IMG/VR virus record: IMGVR_UViG_3300028610_001064
Span: 1-19,436 of that record
DNA: 19,436 nucleotides
Reading direction: 5' to 3' (one strand)
Notes under the pieces: model-generated
The model's input: the letters and a program-made list of their open reading frames with translations, nothing else
What the model was told of the DNA's origin: nothing
Databases searched by the model: none
Position numbers and translations under genes: made by a program
In this document: one piece after another, positions 16,459-19,436 of the stretch
How positions within the stretch are numbered: position 1 is the stretch's first letter
Layout of the letters: each line of letters begins with the position of its first letter

Positions 16459-16676
16459 GATAGATCCCCCTTAAATTGTATAGAGACCTTATAACAAAAC
16501 TCTCTAAGACTACATCTAACAAGACAGTTTACCCCTTTCCCCTTAAGTTCATTAATTAAGCCAAAACAAGAAGGTCTTCTCTCAGCAAGACTCTTTACCC
16601 TTCTACCACAAACATATAGTCTTAACTCTATCCTCTCATATCTTTTGGTTTTGTATAATTTAGGTTTTAATATCAT
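16455..16676 (-). CDS. 73-aa Cys-rich protein
   Basis: Start reassigned to ATG 16676 (ATGA overlap); PSCFG...CLVRC....FC metal-binding-like pattern. Confidence 0.7.
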   Translation of the reverse strand: MILKPKLYKTKRYERIELRLYVCGRRVKSLAERRPSCFGLINELKGKGVNCLVRCSLREFCYKVSIQFKGDLS

Positions 16677-16885
16677 AGCCCCATCAACTCCTCCTTGTCG
16701 GTTGCGTCCGACAGCCGCCCTTCCCATTTCTCTATCGTTTTCCTTACTTCAGACCAACACAATCCCGTTGATGGCTTTTTATATGCTCTTTTCAAGTCTT
16801 TAAGGAACTCTGCTCTCTGTTTACTTAGTTGTGTCTCAACAAACTCCTCGCATACTTTACTTCTTATCCACTCTTTACCTGCCAT
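16673..16885 (-). CDS. 70-aa protein, paralog of 13484..13684, ending in RLSDATDKEE
   Basis: Start reassigned to ATG 16885 (GGGGTGA RBS, TAATG overlap). Confidence 0.7.
   Translation of the reverse strand: MAGKEWIRSKVCEEFVETQLSKQRAEFLKDLKRAYKKPSTGLCWSEVRKTIEKWEGRLSDATDKEELMGL
16688..16718 (-). repeat. Junction palindrome repeat, copy 2
   Basis: 31 of 31 identical to copy 1. Confidence 0.95.
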
Positions 16886-16992
16886 TAGAACATCACCCCT
16901 AGATATAGTGCTAGTACCGCTAAAAAGTACATCATAAAGAAGATTGATAGTAGGGTGAGCAGGCCGCATACGACCCAGTTAGATTTGGACAT
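16885..16992 (-). CDS. 35-aa single-TM peptide (not in track)
   Basis: MSKSNWVVCGLLTLLSIFFMMYFLAVLALYLGVMF; TAATG overlap with the next gene. Confidence 0.65.
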   Translation of the reverse strand: MSKSNWVVCGLLTLLSIFFMMYFLAVLALYLGVMF

Positions 16993-17164
16993 CTTTCTTT
17001 TCCTCTCTTTTCTTTTCTAACACTATCATTTCTTCAGCTAAATTGAATGGAAATCTACTCCTTCCTGGAGGACAATCTGGATTAGTACAACCCCAATAAT
17101 GTTGGTATCCACAATAAGACATAGGTTCTCCGCATCTGATACATTCATGTTCCTCTTTACTCAT
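16979..17164 (-). CDS. 61-aa zinc-ribbon protein
   Basis: CIRCGEPM...YWGCTNPDC (topoisomerase C4-like); start reassigned to ATG 17164. Confidence 0.75.
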   Translation of the reverse strand: MSKEEHECIRCGEPMSYCGYQHYWGCTNPDCPPGRSRFPFNLAEEMIVLEKKREEKKDVQI

Positions 17165-17349
17165 CGCTGGGCCTCCAAACATTCATAATCATAATTATGC
17201 TGACAATATTCGTTCAGCTTACAGATATTACATAGGTCCCTTTGTTCTTTCTCTTCAATAAACTTAAACAGCTCCAGTCTCTTACTAAAAGTAGCCTTAC
17301 CATAGAAAGGGTGAATTTTTTCATTGAATTCTTCAAAATCTTTATACAT
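17161..17349 (-). CDS. 62-aa protein with a C-terminal Cys cluster
   Basis: CNICKLNEYC......C; GGAGG RBS. Confidence 0.7.
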   Translation of the reverse strand: MYKDFEEFNEKIHPFYGKATFSKRLELFKFIEEKEQRDLCNICKLNEYCQHNYDYECLEAQR

Positions 17350-17363
17350 TTTAGTTAGCCTCC
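17346..17363 (-). repeat. 18-bp junction repeat GGAGGCTAACTAAAATGT, copy 1
   Basis: Identical to 17667-17684; variant at 18428-18443. Confidence 0.85.
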
Positions 17364-17492
17364 AGTTAGTATAAAACCTACTCTTTTCTTTAGATTAGTA
17401 GTTTTTTGTTTAGCTTTTATTAAATCAGTATCCATTAACATCCTAATTTCTGTAAGCTCTTCATAAATCTCTAATAATACATTACTACTCAT
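17355..17492 (-). CDS. 45-aa hypothetical protein (not in track)
   Basis: AAGGAGG RBS; MSSNVLLEIYEELTEIRMLMDTDLIKAKQKTTNLKKRVGFILTGG. Confidence 0.65.
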   Translation of the reverse strand: MSSNVLLEIYEELTEIRMLMDTDLIKAKQKTTNLKKRVGFILTGG

Positions 17493-17670
17493 CGCTGTCC
17501 TCCTTCTCAAACAACATTTCATATATTTGTCCCATCCACAGACAGTCTCGACACATCAAGATTATAGGTGAGTCCCCTGTTATATTTGAGCCTTTACAAT
17601 TAGGACAATGAACCTGAACTTTCTTACCATGATTCTCTCTAGTATGAATCAAATCATAATTAAATAACAT
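17485..17670 (-). CDS. 61-aa zinc-ribbon protein
   Basis: CPNCKGSNI...CRDC. Confidence 0.75.
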   Translation of the reverse strand: MLFNYDLIHTRENHGKKVQVHCPNCKGSNITGDSPIILMCRDCLWMGQIYEMLFEKEDSDE

Positions 17671-17684
17671 TTTAGTTAGCCTCC
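17667..17684 (-). repeat. 18-bp junction repeat GGAGGCTAACTAAAATGT, copy 2
   Basis: Identical to 17346-17363; overlaps palindrome copy 3 through the shared GGAGG. Confidence 0.85.
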
Positions 17685-17776
17685 TTGCCGGTTGCGTCGG
17701 GCTGCCGCTCCTCAGCTTCTTTACATGGACAATAAGGATAATGGTCTCCGTACCGGCATTTTAGACAATCAACCAT
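17672..17776 (-). CDS. 34-aa Cys-rich microprotein ending in RQPDATGKEAN (not in track)
   Basis: AGGAGG RBS; MVDCLKCRYGDHYPYCPCKEAEERQPDATGKEAN. Confidence 0.65.
   Translation of the reverse strand: MVDCLKCRYGDHYPYCPCKEAEERQPDATGKEAN
17680..17708 (-). repeat. Junction palindrome repeat, copy 3 (diverged)
   Basis: Minus strand GCGGC-AGCCCG-ACGCAA-CCGGCA-AGGAGG; loop invariant, one compensatory T-A to C-G change, two mismatches. Confidence 0.85.
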
Positions 17777-17779
17777 TAT

Positions 17780-17920
17780 TTATGTTTCCTCCTTATTATT
17801 CTTAGAAATTAACTCTCCGCATTTATAACAATGATTCTTTCCTAAGATTTTCTCAACACAAGTACCTTCCTCTCTTTTCTTTCTACACTCCTTTAAGGTC
17901 TCAACAATACAGATTGTCAT
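17780..17920 (-). CDS. 46-aa Cys-rich microprotein (not in track)
   Basis: GGAGG RBS; MTICIVETLKECRKKREEGTCVEKILGKNHCYKCGELISKNNKEET. Confidence 0.65.
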   Translation of the reverse strand: MTICIVETLKECRKKREEGTCVEKILGKNHCYKCGELISKNNKEET

Positions 17921-17924
17921 TTTC

Positions 17925-18149
17925 CTAAGCCTCCACCTTGTCGGTTGCGTCCGACAGTCGCTCTTCCTTATATATTAGGCTAGGATGCTTGGTACAGAAC
18001 TCGGCAACGACCAGAGCAAAATCATCGGAAGGTAAGTGAGCGTGCGGGTATAGCTCTGCTCTGAATACTTTATGTCGCTCGGTGTTATGGGCTTCTTTTT
18101 CCTTCTCAGACCAATCATAAATGATCTTACCATTAATTCTCCAAGGCAT
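17925..18149 (-). CDS. 74-aa hypothetical protein ending in RLSDATDKVEA
   Basis: GAGGT RBS; TAATG overlap. Confidence 0.7.
   Translation of the reverse strand: MPWRINGKIIYDWSEKEKEAHNTERHKVFRAELYPHAHLPSDDFALVVAEFCTKHPSLIYKEERLSDATDKVEA
17931..17961 (-). repeat. Junction palindrome repeat, copy 4
   Basis: 29 of 31 identical to copy 1; both differences lie outside the palindrome. Confidence 0.95.
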
Positions 18150-18430
18150 TATGCTAGGACCTCTTTAACTATAATTTGATATTTCTTATCCGGATCAAAA
18201 AAGAGGGTAGATGTTTGGGGGATCCGGAAATACATATAATTATTTTTTTTATCTAAATAAGAAGGAGAATCATTCCAGGTAGTAATAAAACCGTCAGGCA
18301 TAGAAGAAGCATTAATTTTCCTTCGGTCCGATTCCTCTTGATTCTTCCATGAACAATCCACACAGATACCTTCTGAAGTAAAAGTGTCCTTTCTGACCTC
18401 ACACTGAGGGCATATTTCTAAATTAACCAT
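18149..18430 (-). CDS. 93-aa protein with zinc ribbon and possible AbrB-like C-terminus
   Basis: CPQC...CVDC; C-terminal YFRIP...DPDKKYQIIVKEV resembles swapped-hairpin DNA binders. Confidence 0.65.
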   Translation of the reverse strand: MVNLEICPQCEVRKDTFTSEGICVDCSWKNQEESDRRKINASSMPDGFITTWNDSPSYLDKKNNYMYFRIPQTSTLFFDPDKKYQIIVKEVLA

Positions 18431-18670
18431 TTAATTAGCCTCCCTTTTCTCTATTCTTGAGATTATAGTATTTAGAAAGTCCCGCATTTTAATCATCTCT
18501 TCAACACTAGTAGCCATTTCAATTAAGTCGGGAGCCTCTTGAGTATTAGCATAAAACTCCGCATAGATTGCCTCATCCTTGACTGAACCAGAGAATAGGG
18601 TAAGATTTCTATACCCTGTAGTGTCTTCATACGCATCCATTACTAAACTTTTATTAGCCATTTTTTTCAC
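18431..18670 (-). CDS. First gene of the leftward operon, hypothetical
   Basis: GTG 18670 or ATG 18661; downstream of a BRE-TATA promoter. Confidence 0.7.
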   Translation of the reverse strand: MKKMANKSLVMDAYEDTTGYRNLTLFSGSVKDEAIYAEFYANTQEAPDLIEMATSVEEMIKMRDFLNTIISRIEKREAN

Positions 18671-18727
18671 ACTATTTAAGATTATTTGATTTATATGTTT
18701 TATCTATGTTTTATATATGAACACTAG

Positions 18728-18743
18728 TATATAAATGTTTCGG
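18728..18743 (-). promoter_or_regulatory. Archaeal BRE-TATA promoter of the leftward operon
   Basis: Minus strand CCGAAAC-A-TTTATATA. Confidence 0.7.
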
Positions 18744-18773
18744 TTCGATTTTGTTCGTGTTAGATATGATAAG

Positions 18774-18788
18774 CGATAACTTTAAATA
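18774..18788 (+). promoter_or_regulatory. Archaeal BRE-TATA promoter, rightward
   Basis: CGATAAC-TTTAAATA upstream of 18833. Confidence 0.6.
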
Positions 18789-18832
18789 TTTATAATACAA
18801 TTATTTATATAACTAAATATTTTTAATTTATT

Positions 18833-19030
18833 ATGGTAGCTAACAAGGATATAGATCGGATAGAGAAAGTAAATAAAAAGAAAAAGATTTATATTAATTT
18901 CCATATAGCAGGGGATACAAAGACAATGTTCCTAGAGATAAAAAAACACTATAACCTGTTATATAATATGGAAGTTTTTAGAGTCATGGTAAAAAAAATT
19001 CATGATAATATCTTTAAAAAATCTAAATAA
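18833..19030 (+). CDS. RHH-like DNA-binding protein (candidate repressor)
   Basis: Strand IYINFHI followed by helices TKTMFLEIKKHY and NMEVFRVMVKKIH; divergent from the minus operon. Confidence 0.6.
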   Translation: MVANKDIDRIEKVNKKKKIYINFHIAGDTKTMFLEIKKHYNLLYNMEVFRVMVKKIHDNIFKKSK

Positions 19031-19161
19031 TCTTCGTGAAACAGACGCTTCCCGATCTATCTACCACTATCTAGTTCTATTTAGGTATAGATGATATATC
19101 TATGCTATATATATAATATATATGTAATATAGAAATGATCTTTCTAACCTTAACAAAGGGA

Positions 19162-19176
19162 CCAAAAACTTATAAA
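19162..19176 (+). promoter_or_regulatory. Candidate BRE-TATA promoter for a leaderless transcript
   Basis: CCAAAAAC-TTATAAA ending 23 nt before ATG 19200. Confidence 0.5.
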
Positions 19177-19199
19177 CATAGACAGTGTATATTTATATA

Positions 19200-19325
19200 A
19201 TGATGTCTGAAACTATAGCAAAAGAATTCCTAGAGAAGAAAGAAATATTCAACTCATTAGGGTTTGAATTAGTAGGGACTAAAGACATTAATGAAGACAC
19301 CATCTACTTAGTAAAAGAGAAATAA
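19200..19325 (+). CDS. 41-aa hypothetical protein (not in track)
   Basis: MMSETIAKEFLEKKEIFNSLGFELVGTKDINEDTIYLVKEK; reads into the terminal repeat. Confidence 0.55.
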   Translation: MMSETIAKEFLEKKEIFNSLGFELVGTKDINEDTIYLVKEK

Positions 19326-19436
19326 TTTCTCAATCCTACCCAGACAGATAAGGTTGAACACTTCAGCCGAAAGTACCTAGTTCTTGTTTGATTCGTTCAA
19401 CCCTCACCTTATTATTAATCATTAGCAGACTTCACT
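19293..19436 (+). repeat. Terminal direct repeat, right copy (144 bp)
   Basis: Identical to 1-144. Confidence 0.97.

Noticed and set aside
16695-16937. Plus-strand 80-aa track ORF
   Set aside because: Antisense to the coupled minus-strand gene chain.
13484-17182. Long N-terminal extensions given in the ORF track (starts at 13780, 14739, 16727, 16969, 17182)
   Set aside because: They overlap other coupled genes; downstream ATGs with an RBS and/or stop-start overlap (13684, 14673, 16676, 16885, 17164) fit better.
13689-17961. The 31-bp palindromic repeat as a CRISPR or mini-CRISPR array
   Set aside because: Copies are about 250-3000 bp apart and separated by whole genes rather than 30-45 bp spacers; no cas genes.

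Overview
The window looks like a complete circular or circularly permuted genome of about 19.3 kb from a small tailed (HK97-fold, Caudoviricetes) archaeal virus. Bases 1-144 are repeated exactly at 19293-19436, giving a unit length of 19292 bp. The + arm (261-12902) is the virion module: terminase with an N-terminal HTH, zinc-finger and KTSC proteins, portal, scaffold, cement protein, an encapsulin-like major capsid protein, a tRNA-like RNA, head-tail and tail genes, and a 1017-aa mosaic tail-tip protein. The - arm (12899-18670) is a near-gapless chain of 29 mostly tiny, often Cys-rich ORFs, 14 of them absent from the supplied ORF track. Several of its gene junctions carry reused sequence modules, most strikingly a 31-bp GC-rich 6-6-6 palindrome in four copies that is always read as the C-terminal peptide RLSDATDK or a variant. 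The arms diverge from archaeal BRE-TATA promoters at about 18.7-18.8 kb. I recognise no polymerase, helicase, primase, integrase, prohead protease or long tape measure gene. Size, layout and signals resemble the roughly 20-kb tailed viruses of Asgard archaea (Verdandiviridae-like, Lokiarchaeia hosts), but this is inference. All functional calls come from motifs and synteny read by eye; no database search was run.
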